Of a stretch of 64,000 nt of DNA, positions 38,150-61,154 are shown in pieces. Positions within the stretch are counted from its first letter, which is position 1, and every line of letters starts with the position of its first letter. The stretch lies in NCBI RefSeq assembly GCF_009914755.1, contig NC_060934.1; one strand, written 5' to 3'. Made by a program: the position numbers and the translations under genes. Origin of the DNA: the human T2T-CHM13v2.0 reference genome, Homo sapiens. The notes under the pieces were generated by a model. That model ran no database searches, was not told the origin of the DNA, and was given only the letters and a program-made list of their open reading frames with translations.

Positions 38150-40020
38150 CTTAGTTTTCTATTTTAAAATTGTTAAATTATTCAAGCAGAGAAAAAACTA
38201 CAAAAATAAGATGTGATGTCGGTGGTACCCACCACCCATATATAATCCATGTCCAAATTGCTTCATGTCACTTTTAAGAAAATAAAATGTTACGGATACG
38301 GTTGTCATTCCCTTTGTACTTCTTTCCAATTCCATTTTTCTTTTTCTATCCCAAGAGGCATTGACTGTCCTGAAATTTGTGGTTATCCTTTCTAACCAAA
38401 TCCGTATATATTTACTTTCACCAATCAACTGACTAAAAGAGCAATATAATACATTGCTTTGTGCATTTTCTATTTCTATTGTTACATAAAGTAATCTTAT
38501 TATAATTCTGTGAGAAGTTTTTACTTAATGTTATAATTTTGATATACAAAAATGTCAATATGTGTAAAATAATGTATTCATTGATACTTGAAGTTTTATC
38601 ATTCTACTTGATGAATATTTATTTTGTTTTTTTATACTCTCAACAATGCCATAGTAATATCCTTGTATTTCTCCATATGCATATATGTAAGAGTTTCTCC
38701 AGAATATATGTTAGAAATTTGTGGATATTAGTAAAATCACAACTTCAATATTACTAAATATTATCCAATTGGTTTCCAACATGGCAGTAGGTAATTACAC
38801 TCAGAGTAGCAATATGTGACTTTCCACCTCCTTATATCTGTGGTATTGGTGACTCTGAAATGGCATCTCACATTTTAAAGTATACTTACCTGATTACTAG
38901 ATACTGAGCATCTTTTCATATGAGTATTAATCATTTGTATTTTCTCTTCTTAAATCAGCTTTAGATGCCATTTGTTCATTTGTTTATTTTCTTTTGATAA
39001 GTTTATCTTATTGATCTGTAAGTACTCTATAAGCTTTCTTTTTACTAATACTGGGTTGGTCATGTATGTTGCAGATACCATCCAAACTGTAGCCTATTTT
39101 TAAACTTAGTTCATGTAACATATTTTAACATATAAAAGTGTTTAAATTTAATGCCAACATATCAATATTTTCCTTTTCTATTTTTTTGTTATTTCTTTTT
39201 CAATAAACCTTTTCCTACTTTGATCAATTTTCCTGTATTTTACTGGACAGATTCTAAAGATTTATTTTTCTTATTTAGAATGCTGGCCCTTGTGGAATTA
39301 TTCTATGTGCAGGGTGAGAAGGTAATCTTCTCTCATAGTTTTCTAAATCAAATTATCAAATATCTGAAAGCAATTTATTAAACAGAGCAGAGAATGGCAA
39401 ACTGGGGCCCATGGGTCAGCTGCCTATTTTTGTATATAAAGTTTTCCTGGAACACAGCTCTCCTCATTTGTTTCTACATTGGCTGTTTTTGTGCTACATC
39501 AGCAGAGCTGGGTGGTTGTGACAGAGACACTATGGTTCTCAATGCCTGAATTATTTACTATCTGTCCCTTTAAGAAAATATTTGCCAACTAGTCAATCAT
39601 TTGTTCACTGTTTTATGAAACAGTGACTTGTTATACATCAAGTTACCATAAAGGGTTTGTTTCTGGCCTCTCCATTCTGTTCTGTTTGCCTATAAAGCCA
39701 CTTTGTCAATATCACATGGTTCCAATGACTACAGCTTTATAATATATTTGGACCTCCCACCTGATTCTGCTCTAAAAAGTTCCTATTTTCAGAAATTCAC
39801 TCATCTGTCAGAATTTCAGATTACTCTGTTGAGCTCAGTGAAAAACACATTTAGATGTTTACTTGCATTTGAGAAAATGTGACATCTTTAAGGTGTTAAG
39901 TCTTTCATTCATGAAATGACATGTCTCTCTAATAATACAGGTCTTCTTTTATGTACTTTGTGAAATTTTAAAGTTTTCTCTATAATAGCTCTGCACATCT
40001 TTGGTAGATTGATTCTTAGG
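38150..40020 (-). mobile_element. Ancient L1ME3/4-type 3' region
   Basis: Antisense L1 signatures (TGAGCATCTTTTCATATG; GTACCCACCACCCA). Confidence 0.6.
39387..39590 (+). mobile_element. MER58A (hAT-Charlie)
   Basis: GGCAAACT...TAAAGTTTTCCTGGAACACAGC...TATTTACTATCTGTCCCTTTA...TTTGCC, with remnant TIRs. Confidence 0.8.
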
Positions 40021-41487
40021 TATGTTTCCATTCTCTTCTTTATATGTCTTCTCATATTTTCTTTTTTCCTTACTGTGCCGCTGTGGATAATTTCCTCAGA
40101 TCCATCTTTCAGCTCAGTAAATCACTCTTCAAATGTGCCTAATCTGCTATTTAACATTCATTGAGTTTTTTATATCAAAAGCTGTAATTTTATTTCTAGA
40201 AGTTTTATTCGATTCCTTTTAAAATATGCCTGTTCTTAGAGTTTCCATTTTTTTCCAATCCTTATTTTATCCATATAATCCTTCCAACATATTTACTTTA
40301 TTGTGCTATCAGACTGCTGTAGTCACTCAAATTATAGGTATTTTAATTTTTTTTTCTCTTTTCTAATGCCACTCCACCTCAGGGAAGTTTAATGCACTCT
40401 TCATTGTGACACAGTTCCTATAAAATGGTTTTTAATTTCATAACTGCCATGTTTATGCATGTGTGTTCATGTACATACTTTTTGTGGTGGTTGTTTATGT
40501 TATTGTTTAAAACCATCCTACAGTATTTCTCACCCTGAGAATTCCGGCAGCATGTTGGTGTTTAATTTAGGACTGTACACCAGTATCTCTCACAGGAGTC
40601 TTCTAGATTCCCAGGACAGAATCACACTTCCTTCTCACTTTGTCCTTTTTGATTTTGCCTCCCTGCAAGGTTCTCAGTACCATCTCCACCCCTTTCAAAG
40701 GCCCAATGAACACATCTTTTCCAGCTTTCAGGAGTCAAAACCCCAGACTCAGCCCACTCCCACCATTTCCTCAGGGCTTTGCTTTGTCACCTACAAACAG
40801 GCTTTAAGACCCTGCTTTATTTCTACTATAAGGGGATTCTTTCTCTTTCTTTAATCATTGACAATATTTATTTTGTTGTCGTGCTATCTTGCTCAACATT
40901 GTACAGGTGCTTGCAACAGGGAGCTCACATTAACTCTGCCACTGTGATGCTGAAATCAACACTACCAGTTAAGTGGGAGTTGTCCTCCAAACTTCAGCTT
41001 TCTCAAGAAAGGATCCCAAGGCCCCCATGTTCCCAGCCTTAGTTAGTCATGTTTGGTGATGTGTTCTTATTGCACTGTTGGCATTTATCAAACATAAACC
41101 TTTGTCTTAAAGCTGGGTCACCATCCCAGACATATCTTTCTTCCTTCAAGGCAATATTATCTCAGAATCTTCCCTGGCTTTCCTTACTACTGGAACTTGG
41201 TTTGTCAGGGTTCCTTTTCCATGGCAATCATCTTCCTTAACCTTGGATTTTGGAATTCAAGGATATGACAATTCGGCTTTTGCAAGTTGATACAGATCGT
41301 CCAAAGTGAAATTTACTGCATAGCAAGAGCCAAAGTAGTTTCTGCCAAGCTCTCTAAAGGAAAATAAAATTTAACAACAAAAAATGGTATTTTCAAATTC
41401 TACATTTGAAACACATAGGAGAACACAAAAATGATTGTTTTCCAGAATAAAGATATGCATGAAAGTGATTTCTATTTCTATCCCTAG

Positions 41488-41871
<384 letters not shown>

Positions 41872-44800
41872 TAAATAAATACAAGAAAAAAACAGAAACA
41901 GAAATTAACATGTAATAGAAATCTTATGGCACAACCACAATTATAAAGTGAGTATTTTAACACAGTTATCTCACAGACTGATACATGACATAGAGATATA
42001 TCATAAATGGAAAAAAAAGTTGAATAAGAGTTTTGTGAGACATATATTTTGTATTTAAGGGCCTTTCATCCAATCAAAATAAAACATGTTCAGATACTCA
42101 AGAAACATTTAAATACAAAAATATATGATACTGTAAGTGATACACAAAGCTCACAAAATCACACAAAAAATGATGCAAATAGAAAAATTATGTGAAAACA
42201 ATAAAAATAACAAGGAATTAACGAGACAGATATCCAAAAATAACTAATTTAGAAATTAAATATACATAGTATATCTTCTCAATAACTTGGGTTATAGAGG
42301 AAACTAAAGCCAAAATTAGGAATATTTTAAGTGATTGAAATTGAGAACACTTCTGCACATGTTATCTATTGCATTTAAAATTATAGACACACACACACAC
42401 ACATATATTCTTTAGTCTATTTACTGGACAATACAAAGCACTAAAAAATAAATTAGCTAAACATTCAAAATAAAAAGAAATTTAAAAAAAATGAAATGAT
42501 AACAATAAAAAGAAACCAAGAGCTAGTCCTTAAAAAAGAAAGACAGATGAAATGTCAAGATTCAACACTGTGTGATCATAAGTAATATACAATGATAGCA
42601 ATATGAAAGCTAATGTGCCTATAGATAGAAGTTTTTAAAAGCCAAATACTCCATGTCAATGAGTTTAAAAATTAATTGAGGTTTATGTAACTATATGTAT
42701 TTTATATATAGCATATATATGTATGCATACTTATGTATGTATATATATAAACCATATTTTTATATAAAACTAACTGAGGTATGTATATATTATATATGTA
42801 TTTTTCAAGATAAACATCAAAAATATCTATTCTTAAATATAAGTAATAACCACTTTAAAAAATGGCGGAAAACCTTCATCAATTAGGAAAGAAAAATTGT
42901 AAAATATATTTAAAAATGAAAAGTAAAATAGTATGTTAAATGGGCTATTCAGAAGGAAAATTAGCCATTAAGGTAATTGAAAGAAAACCATGAACAAAAC
43001 GTATAAATTCAAGAGAAACTCCGTAAGCAAGAGAGTGAGCCCAGAACTGTAGAATGCTTTGATTATTGTCTTCTTTTTTCATTCCAAAAGTTAGCAAAGG
43101 TGATAGTGTGGTTTAAATAACATAGAGTCAATGCCTCAGTAAAGGGCTGACACTCAGCTCTGCCACTGCCATCTAGTCTGGCACTAGAACCTCTCAACTG
43201 GCATTAATGACAGTATTATCAGCTTAAACTTTGACAATGAAGTAAACAATAATTAGAGGCAGAGTCACAGGTGGCTGGCTAACTTTATCCTGAGAGGTAT
43301 CTGGAGAGGAGATTGAAAGTGATTTATGCCACAGGGGATGACATCCAAGGGAATGACTTTTCTTTTTATAAATACAAGTAGTATCTTGAGCCTGTGTGCT
43401 TAAAATCACTTCTTGATGATGTGAAAACCTTTTCAGCTACCTCTGTCCACTGATATGTCATGTGTTGGTTATCTCCAATGCTCACCTGTTGTATTAGAGA
43501 GTACCTGAAACGTGGAAAGAACATGGGCTTGGAAAGTGTAGAACTATGTGGTCCTCCTGCCTTGGGATAAAAACCGTGGCAGCTGCCCACTAGTTAAAAA
43601 CGTATCCGTACTTCCTATGATAACCAGGAATGCTGGACCCTCCTAGAAGGACCACCAGTGGGAGTTAACAACCAAAACGTGGAAAATGATTAAAAAAAAA
43701 AAAGGCTAAAGCACATCACTGAAAAACTGCATAAACAGACAAAAATGTTCAGGGGAGGGGGAGATTGGAGGAGGTAAGCTTTGGAAGATTTATAAATATG
43801 AAATGTTCCAAAATTATAATGATGACAATTGCCAACCAAATGTACCCATAAATTTAAAACATTCTAAATTCAAATCTCTTTTTTTTCTTTTTAAGGAGCT
43901 GGATTCTAAAATTCATCTAGCAAATTTCATGTGAAAAAAGGGAAAATATATATTTTTAAAAATATAGATGGACCTTTTAAGTGTGAAATTAGGAGTATTA
44001 ATATAAACACCATAATGGCCCACAAAAAGAACTATCTTACTCTGAAGAACAGGTGAAGAAAAGTGGATTTTCAGAGGCATCGTGAGAAGGAGAGAATTGG
44101 AAACAAAGACCATATTAAAATTATGTGAAGAGGTTATAAAAAGAGGGTACACATATTATGCAAATGGTCTTGGGACTGGAGAAAATAGCAGAACATGAGC
44201 AATTTCTACTGGCTGAAGTGACTAAGAGACTTCTAAAGACAGGAATTTCATTTTAGTCCCTTCCATTAGTCCAAACTTCCAGAAAAAGGCTCAAAAACAC
44301 AAAAGACATTAAGACATCTGGAAAACAAAAAAACTTTTGAGTAAAATAATTTAGGATGAGTGCGTTCACTTCTTTCCCCCTCTCCCACCACCAAAAACAT
44401 TCTAAACAATGGACAATGAATTTCTCATTAAATTGAGTGGTACCCCAGAAGCCTATTTTTAAATACTAAAGATGACTCTACAAAGCAAAACGGCTTCTAG
44501 GACACTAATGCTGACACTGAGATCACAGGTCCATAAGACTGCAGTAATAAAAACTATGAAAAAATGGATGTAAAACAAACCAATAATTTGATGGGGCTAA
44601 ATAGAATCCAAGAGCAGAGTAATTAATACATAAGAATGCATTCAATAATAAAGAAGCCATTCAAAGTAGGATGGGCCCTTCAATAATATGCGTGGCAATG
44701 ATTGTTTATCCATTTAAAAATAACATTAGACCCTTTACATCTTACTAAAGTAAAAGTAGAAGAATGTCTTTTTAACCTTGACTAAGGGAAGCCCTCCCTA

Positions 44801-44909
44801 AAGATGTCAAAACTTAGAAACCACAAAGCTCATTACTGACTAAGTTGGCTAAATGAGTAAATGATTTAAAATAAAACAAAGAAAAAATAAATTACAAAAA
44901 AGTTAACAT

Positions 44910-45443
44910 TGATGGTGGTTTTAGAACATTTCTTTAAACTCCGACACTCCTCCCAATGAAAAGTGAAACCTAATGTCTAATTTTTCTCCCCTTGACTGTG
45001 GGTCAGTCTGAGCTACTTGTGTCTAGCAAATGGAAGATGGCAGAAATGACACTGCAAGACATTCAAGCCTTGTTCAGAAAAAGCAATTCTGTTTTTGCCT
45101 GAATCTCTCTTGTGATGTTTGCCCGTGAAACTTAGTTGCCATGTTATGAGGAAGCCCAAGCCACAAACAGAGGCCATATGCAGGTGTCTGGTAAACAGCT
45201 CCAGCTGACTTCCAAGGTGAAAGTCAGCTTAACCAAGAAACATGGAAATGAATAAGTAAGTCTTCAGAAGATTCTAGTTCCCAGTTTTTAATCTGGCTCA
45301 AATGAGGCAGGATTGACCAGAAATAAGATGTCCCCATCAAATCTTGACTAAATTACAAGTTTGTGAACAAAATAAATGTTACTATTTTTCAGGCAATGAC
45401 ATTTTTGAGTGGTTTTATTATGTACCAACAGATAATTAGAACA
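44910..45443 (+). mobile_element. ERVL-MaLR LTR, MLT1H-like
   Basis: GCCATGTTATGAGGAAGCCCAAGC, AAAATAAATG, ends CAGATAATTAGAACA. Confidence 0.75.
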
Positions 45444-46494
45444 ATATCCTTTGCATATCAAGAGTTTAAATACAACTAAAAATTTAAAAACGGCTTGAAA
45501 ATTTTATCAAAGATGGAAAGGTAATGCATAGGAAAACATATATGAATAATACACATACCCCCAAAATGCCCAGTAATATTAGTTATTGGAGAAATTAAAA
45601 TTAAAAGGATATAGTGAAAACAATTATCTCTTATTAATTTGACAGTTTCAATTCCTCACAACAAAAAGATCTGGCTAGATAAATGATACATCAGATGTAT
45701 TTAACTGCCATGTAAAATATGCATGAAATAATTGTTAAATCCCCAAATCAAGATGCTAAATTGGTGAAATTTCATTGTTTGGATAATAGACTATATGTCT
45801 ATAAATGCACAGGAAGTTAGTTTAAGGTACAGGCATAAGAAAAATAAGAATTGGATTTTTATTGTATATATTACTGTATTTTTTCCCACAAAGATCATCT
45901 GTTACTTTTGTAATAATAAAGAGATCAATATTTATTAAAGTCCCATTCTGTGAAGGAGTGTGGATGCTTTGGAATTGGTGCCAAGAGTGGAGGGTTTTGC
46001 ATAGTAAGTGCAAGTCCCTATTGTGCTATTACCAAGAGAATCCATCCCTTAACCAGGTAAAATTACTCTTGAGTTTGGGTTTCATTTTGTGTTCTCTGCT
46101 CCCATAATCAATTATACCTGTGGTCCTCAGACAAGTAAAAGCCAGAAAAAGTGGGCTTAAAGGAATTCAAAGAATGCCTGGGTCAAGGCTACTATTGACC
46201 CAAAGGAAATAGCTGTGAAGAGTATATATTTTTCCCATTTCTGGTCTTGATTTTTATTTTATTTTTTTCCCCTAGAACACAATCCATTTTGAATACATGT
46301 GATAAAAGCAACGCACATATGATTTTTAGTACTGGAAAAAAATAAGTAAAAATAAATCCATTCTGAATTAATCAGAGACTACCTACTGAACATCTGATAT
46401 GTGCAAGCACTGTTATTGGTAGCCCAGATGATTATTTTGCAGAGTGATGTTGAGACAAGAAGTATTACCAAATGCTCTACACAGAGAAAAACTC

Positions 46495-47214
46495 CAGTAA
46501 GTCTTCACTTAATTTCATTGATAGGTTCTTGGTATTGGGACTCAGAGAAAAATCCACCAAAATGAAGGCCTCAGAAGCAAAACTTTTTTTCTCTTAGCTT
46601 CCCCCGCTCTCCTGTCTCTCAGTCCCATTGTCCCTTGAGGCTTTAATATAGAACTAGGATTTCTCTTCCCCAAGGTAGGTCATAGAAACCAGAACCTCTT
46701 TTCCCAAAGCTAGCCATAAAATCTAAAAGATCTAAAAATATCACTCAAAGTTTCTCTCTGCCTTTCTGTGTAAAAAAAACTGGTCCCCCCAAAATGATCT
46801 GACTTACCTCGTTTGACTGTAAGTCACAAGACCCCCATTCCAGAGAGGGCCCTTCCCCAGGCCCAGAAGGAAAGAATGCATGCTCAGAGAGGCTGAGAAA
46901 AATCTAGACAGAGAGGCCTTACTGGATTTTCCCATTCAGTCTATTAGCATTAGACTGTATTTCTACACAGTTGTTCATACTTTGTTGAACCTAAGCATAA
47001 AAATGGACAATTTTCCCTGTATTTTGGGGTCTTCATTCAGAAGGCTCCCATGTCACGTGAAATTATGATCACATAAATTTGTATGCCTTTTCCCTTATGA
47101 CTGTGCCTTTTGTGAGTTGATTTCTCAGCAAAATTTCAGAGGGACAAGTCTTGACCCTTACAATGGAAATTGCAACTTTAAGTGAAATGACACACAGCAG
47201 GTCCTCAAATAATG
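46495..47214 (+). mobile_element. MER6-like (TcMar-Tigger) fragment split by MER39
   Basis: CAGTAAGTCTTCACTTAATTTCATTGATAGGTTCTTGG | AAATTGCAACTTTAAGTGAAATGAC..CAGCAGGTCCTCAAATAA rejoin across the LTR. Confidence 0.65.
46533..47162 (+). mobile_element. ERV1 solo LTR, MER39-like
   Basis: AAAATGAAGGCCTCAGAAGCAAAA...GTCATAGAAACCAGAACC...CCCTTACA; TSD TTGG/ATGG. Confidence 0.8.
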
Positions 47215-47509
47215 TGCCCCACTAAAGTGGTAAATGGTGTTCAGCCCTCATTAGAGATGATAATCATGCTCTTTAACCTAGCTCCTTATAATTATGGTAC
47301 CTCTCTAATGAAGTGAAAATAATGGTATCTGCTTGGATTTTTTCCCTCACTGAAATAATTTTATAACTGCATAAACATCATAATCTTCTGAATAGCATAA
47401 TAATTGTTAATATAAGGCAAAAATGATTATAAAGCCTTAGGACATAAAAAGCACATGAAACTTTCTCCAGGTTAGAGCATACAAAGGCCAAAAAACATGA
47501 TTCAATAAT

Positions 47510-47770
47510 TTTATAGGATTCTATAGCACAGTAGAGTAACTATGATTAACAATAATTTATCATATATTTCAAAATAGCTACAAGAAAGGATTTTGGATGT
47601 TCTGAACATAAAGATTTGACAAATGTTTGAGGTGATAGATATGCCAATTATCCCAATTTGATAATTACATGTTATACACATGTAAGTTTCATTGTCTTTT
47701 ACTTCACAATATGCGAGACAACACATGTACCTTATATGTACAATTATTGTATCAATTAAACATGAATAAA
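47510..47770 (+). mobile_element. L1MA (about MA4-6) 3' end within an older L1M ORF2 fragment (~47440-48395)
   Basis: TATATTTCAAAATAGCTA...AAATGTTTGAGGTGATAGATATGCCAATTA. Confidence 0.7.
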
Positions 47771-48593
47771 ATAATAATTTTAAAGCATTGCTATGATACA
47801 AAGTATGCTCTCCAACCACAACAGAATGAAATTAGAAATCAAACAGAGATATTTGGGAAATTTTTTAAATGTGGAAACTAAACAACACACTCCTAAGTAA
47901 TCAATGGGTCAAGTAGAACTCATAAGGGAAATTAGAAAATATTTTGAGATTAATAAAAGTGAAAATACAACATAATAAAATGTTGAGATGGTGCTCCAAT
48001 CTTAAACTAGAGAAAGTACAGCAAACTAAATCCAAATAGGTAGAAGGAAGAAGATAATAAAGCACAGAGTAGAAATCATGAAATAGAGAATAGAAAAATA
48101 ATGGGCAAAATAAAGAACCCTAAATGTTAGTTATCTGAAACCATCAACAAAATCAATAAATGTGTAGTTAGACTAACCAAGAAATAAAAGACTCAATTAT
48201 TGAAGTCAGAGGTGAAAGACGGAATGTGAATACCAACCTTATAAAAATAAAAATGACCCTAAGACAACACCATGAATAAAAATATGCTAACAAAGGAGAG
48301 AAGTTAGATGAAGTGGGAAAATTCCTAGGAAGGCACAATTTTGAAACTAACTCATGAAGAAACAGAGAATTTGAAGAGATGCATTACAAGTAAAAGAAAT
48401 GCATTATTCTCACCATTATTTAATGGATGAGGTAACTACAGTTTAGAGATATTATTTATCCTAAATCATACAATTTGATGCATAGTAAAAAATGAAACCC
48501 AGTCTGTCTGCTTCTTAAAACCAGGCTCTTTCCAAACAACATTTAAGGCCCCAAATCAAATGTCCCACCTGTGAAAAAAGGATTCCCATTGAG

Positions 48594-48761
48594 CAGTGAT
48601 TCTCATAATGTGGCCCTAGGGTCAGTAGCATCAGTAACACCTGGGAACTTGTCCGAACTCTAAATTCCCAGGCTCCACACAGACGTTTTGAATCTGAGAG
48701 CAGAGCTCTGTTTGAACAAGACTTCCAGGTGATTCTGGTAGACTATAAAGTTTGAGAACAC
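48594..48761 (+). mobile_element. MER5A (hAT-Charlie)
   Basis: CAGTGATTCTCA...GCATCAGTAACACCTGGGAACTTG...AAAGTTTGAGAACACT; TIR remnants. Confidence 0.8.
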
Positions 48762-50054
48762 TCATATAAACACAGCCAATATTGGGAGCACTTCTTTAGA
48801 AAATAAGATATTGAGGATGTCCTACTCTCTTTTACATTTTTTTAGGTTCTAAAGCTATCCTTCCGAAGAACAGCATCTCTTTTTAAAGTGACAAAGCAAT
48901 TTTCATTGATGTTTGTAAATAGTTTTAATTAATGGAGCTATAAAATATAAGGAAAATTTAGCAAATCTCCCAGTTTGTATCAAGAACTGAGACAGTTCTA
49001 GGAAGCTGAGATTTGTTAGGATATAAAGAAGGCCTCACCCCACCCTCAAAAGTGAGAGACTTATCCCAGTATTTTGAGCCTGGCCCTGGGAGTTAGGCAC
49101 AATACGTTGACGCCAAAAGCTTCAAGTCTCTACTTTGGAAGGAAGTGTCTTTTAGGTTTCCAAGGAAACAGAGATCATGTTTGAATCCTTACTTGAGCTG
49201 AATCCAATTCTAAAAATCACCAGGATCTATACCCAGAGGCATAGAATAAAATGGCTCAGGAGAAAAATAAAGTATTCCACCTGGCCACCATGGAGAAGAC
49301 AAAATAATAGGTAAAAGCAACAATTTGCCAACTACACAAGTTCTCCCAATTATATGGTATAATTTTAAAAAATGGATTATTTCTAATCACCACTGCCACA
49401 TATAGAGTTAACTGGAGGCAGAGAAGCAGATTCTCAGCATTTAAAACTATGTGCCTCAGGGAGATTCAAATGCACAATTGAAAATATCTTCGGAGGAAGC
49501 CCACACAGCATCAGGCAGGAGTGCAGTTTCTAAGTAATTCATAGCTGACTCTAGGGCTGGTCTGCGTGTGCATAAATACGCAATCATATATGCCAGTGTA
49601 TAGATTAGTATATAAATATACATAATATATATAAAACATTAAGAGACTGAATATAGATCACATCAATTAAGAATTTCCCACATAAAAAATAAAATCTGAA
49701 TTGAAGACAAAACAAGAAATTCCCTGGAGCCTTGTATTTTTAAAAAGTGATAAACTCAGCCAAACAACACATCTCAATAAAAAAACACATAATCTTAGCT
49801 AGCTGTGCCAAATGTGGTGGACCATGAAACACTCTAGGAGACTGACCTCTAAAGTATCAGCACTGATCATCAGTAAAATTTATTTATCCTATGACTTTTC
49901 AGTTAAGAAAGAATAAAAGGCACTCAGGATAGTAGAGTATTTTATCATTTTATTTTTAAAAGAAAAGTATCCATTTCAATATTGCACTGATGACTTTATT
50001 GTATTGTTTTAAAGGTGTCTCCATCAGTTATGAAAATATGAAAGTAGTTATACA

Positions 50055-50737
50055 TATTTTTAAATTAATAGGCATTTTTAAAGCAGTTTTACATTTACAT
50101 GACTTTCTCTGCAGAAAGTACAGAGAGTTCCCACATACTCCTTCCCCCGTCCCCCACCCTCCACAGTTTCTCTTGTTATTAACATCTTGTGTTTGTGTGG
50201 TACATTTGTGACAATTGATGAGTCAATGTTGATGCATTATTACTTACTAAAGGGAATAGTTTTCATTAGGCTCGCTTTTTGTGTTGTACATTCTGTGATT
50301 TTTGATGCATGAATAATGATATGTGTCTACCATTACCGTATTGCAAAAAATAGTTTTACCACCCTGAAAATCCTTTCTGCTCTATCTATTCATTGCCCAA
50401 CCCTCTACTCAACCCCCAGCCCTGACCCTCTGGCAACCACTGATCTTTTTACTGTCTCCATAGTTTTGCCTTTTTCATAATGCCATGTAGTTAGAATCAT
50501 ACAGTAAGTAGCATTTTTAGATTGGCTTCTTTCACTTAGCAAAATGCTCTTAAGATTCATACATGCCTTTTTGTGGCTTGGTAACTATTTCTTTTTCTTA
50601 AATCACTGAATAATATGCTATTGTATAAAATATACCAAAGATTGTTTATCCATTCACCTAATGAAGGACATCTTGGTTGCTTCCAATTTTTGGCAATTAT
50701 GAATCAATCTTGTATAAACATTCATGTGTAGGTTTTC
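50055..50737 (-). mobile_element. L1MC1/2-type 3' end
   Basis: GCAGAAAGTACAGAGAGTTCCCA...GTGGTACATTTGTGACAATTGATGA...CTGGCAACCACTGATCTTTTTACTGTCTCCATAG. Confidence 0.8.
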
Positions 50738-52129
50738 TATTAATACCACCATTAGTTATAAAAGGGTCTATGTAATATTTTAATTGACACACATTTTTGG
50801 GGAAAAATGTATCTTTGCATCCGAAAGTATCTTAGGTTTTCTTATGCATACCAGACTGATGGAATTTCATCCTGCTTTTAGAAATTGGGATTGGAGAGGG
50901 AGAAAAAGTAGAATCAAAGAAGCTCATGATCAGGAAGAACGCTGGTAGCCATTTGGGTCAGCCCCTGTGTCCTCAAGTCCATGTTTGAATTCTCTCACAT
51001 TTCTCTTATATTCATACATCCACTGCTGAATATAGTTTTCTTTTTGGCACACTGAATTTTTTTAAATATTACTTTTTAGATTGCACTGTCTGAATTTCTA
51101 TTTCTTAGGGCTACACAGAAATAGTAGACTTAATCATCTCCCTGGCAGCTTGAGATTTTTGAAGACATTTCCACATTTGCCCAGTTCCTTCAAGCTTTCT
51201 TTGGATATGTTTCTGAGTCTTTTCATCAGTATGATCTATTCATGATTCTGGTTCAATTTTATGCCAGATTTTCACATTATTTCTACCTAAATGCAGGGAA
51301 TTAATATATGTCATCCTACAAGTTAATTAGATAACATACAACGCTAAAAATTTTGGTTTTTTATTGCTTTAATGACAAAATCAAGCTAAGAATATGGCAT
51401 AACTCACTGTTTATAGATCATGTTTGTTATTTGCATTGTCTACTAGAAAGATTGACATTTGCAGACATAATCTTAAAACCATGGCAAAAAAATTAAGAGT
51501 ACTGTTTAAGGTTAAGGGGAAAATATAAAACTTTAGAATATCTCTCATTTAAGTGGATACAAAGTTGCAAAATTCCATAGTAAATTTATTCTATAAAAGA
51601 CCAAACAATAACAAAAACCCGGAAAGATATGCAGTGGATTAAAATCACAATTTCTATATTAATTACAATGGTTGCAGTGGGTCTCAGATTGGAAAAACAG
51701 AACAGTGAATGGCGAATTAGAATAAAAGTTCTAGAAATTTCCAATTAAAAGTTTAAAATATATGGAAGAAATTCATACAGCAAAAAAAAAGAGAACTGGA
51801 GATCAATTAGAAGAAATAATATGTAAGAGAATATTGAGAAAACAAAAGAAAAAAAAGAAAACCTCTAAGATTTAAAGTCAAAGGAAACGCTAAATAGTGA
51901 ATGAAATTATAGAACAGAAAGCATTCCGCTATACATATACAGGTAACCTTGTACATTCAACTAAAAAGAGATTAAACGTTTTCACAAATATCTAGGAATG
52001 AAAATCTCACAATTTATAAATAAAAAATCAGTTATAATCAAACGTCTCTTTTACAACATTAATAATAAAGTTTATCAAATTCTAAAGAAAAATAAGGAGA
52101 AAAGTTTATACCTGAGGAAAAAAGCTATA

Positions 52130-52920
52130 AAGACCACAACAGAAATGAAGACAAAAAGGAAACAAAAGCATAATAGAGAGAATTAATGAAGCCAAAAATT
52201 GGTAATTTGAAGAAAAGCAATGAAATTGATAAACCTCTGGGAAGCCTGATCAACAAAGCAAACAATAAGAAAACATGAATTATAAATATTAGCAATGAAA
52301 GATATACCTCACTGTGGATTCCAAAGATATTATAATGATAATGAAAGGATTCTACAAAACAATTTATGACAATAAATATGGAAGTTTAAATTAAATGAAC
52401 TATTTTCTAGACAGAAACACAGATTACCACAATTCACACAAGAAAACACAGAATGTCTTAATTATATCAAACCTATAAAATAAGTGGAATCCGTAATTTA
52501 AAATTTATGTATGCTCACGTACATATGTATGAACAAATAAGCCATCTCTATGACTAGCTGGGCTTTCATGTGAATTATTATTCTAAACTTTTAAAGGAGA
52601 AATATAATAAATGTTACACAATCTCTTCCAGTAAATTGAAATAATAAAAGAGGAATGTGCCAATTTGATGGTTATAACCCTGACGTAAAAGACAAGACAA
52701 AAGAAAGAAAAGATAAATAAGGGTTTTTAAAGAATGTCAAATCAAAGGACAATTTATCTCATAATTATACATGTGAAAGTCCCCAAATAAAACACTAACA
52801 AATCAAAATCAACCATGTATAACATAATACATCACCACCAAATGGAGTTTATTTAAGAAATGCAAGGTTGGTTTCATATTTTACATTTAATATAATTCTT
52901 CATTTGAACAGGAAAAATAT
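52130..52920 (+). mobile_element. Ancient L1M ORF2 fragment
   Basis: GAAATTGATAAACCTCTGG...ATGCAAGGTTGGTTTCA, colinear with L1 ORF2. Confidence 0.6.
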
Positions 52921-53072
52921 AACATGTATTACAATATTTAATAATACCTGTTTATATATAATAATATATAATAATTATATCGTATTTCCAGATACATCTG
53001 TCTTTATAACAACACCCTATCTTAACACAGTAATAATGTAAGTAGTAGGTAGTCTAAATGTTTTTTAGTAGT

Positions 53073-61091
<8,019 letters not shown>

Positions 61092-61154
61092 TATGATGTT
61101 AGCTGGTTATTTTGCTTATTAGTTGATGCAGTTTCTTCCTAGTCTTGATGGTCT

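Noticed and set aside
40459-40854. 131-aa ORF
   Set aside because: No motif or splice support; lies in a region of ancient antisense L1-like sequence.
43508-43685. 11-bp direct repeats AAACGTGGAAA flanking ~156 bp, resembling a TSD-bounded retrocopy
   Set aside because: The interval looks like a decayed MIR, has no poly(A) before the second repeat, and I recognise no RNA in it.
49283-49312. Perfect Kozak GCCACCATGG in unique sequence, followed by AG|GTAAAA
   Set aside because: Reads MEKTK then TAA TAG; no CpG island or ORF; compatible with chance.
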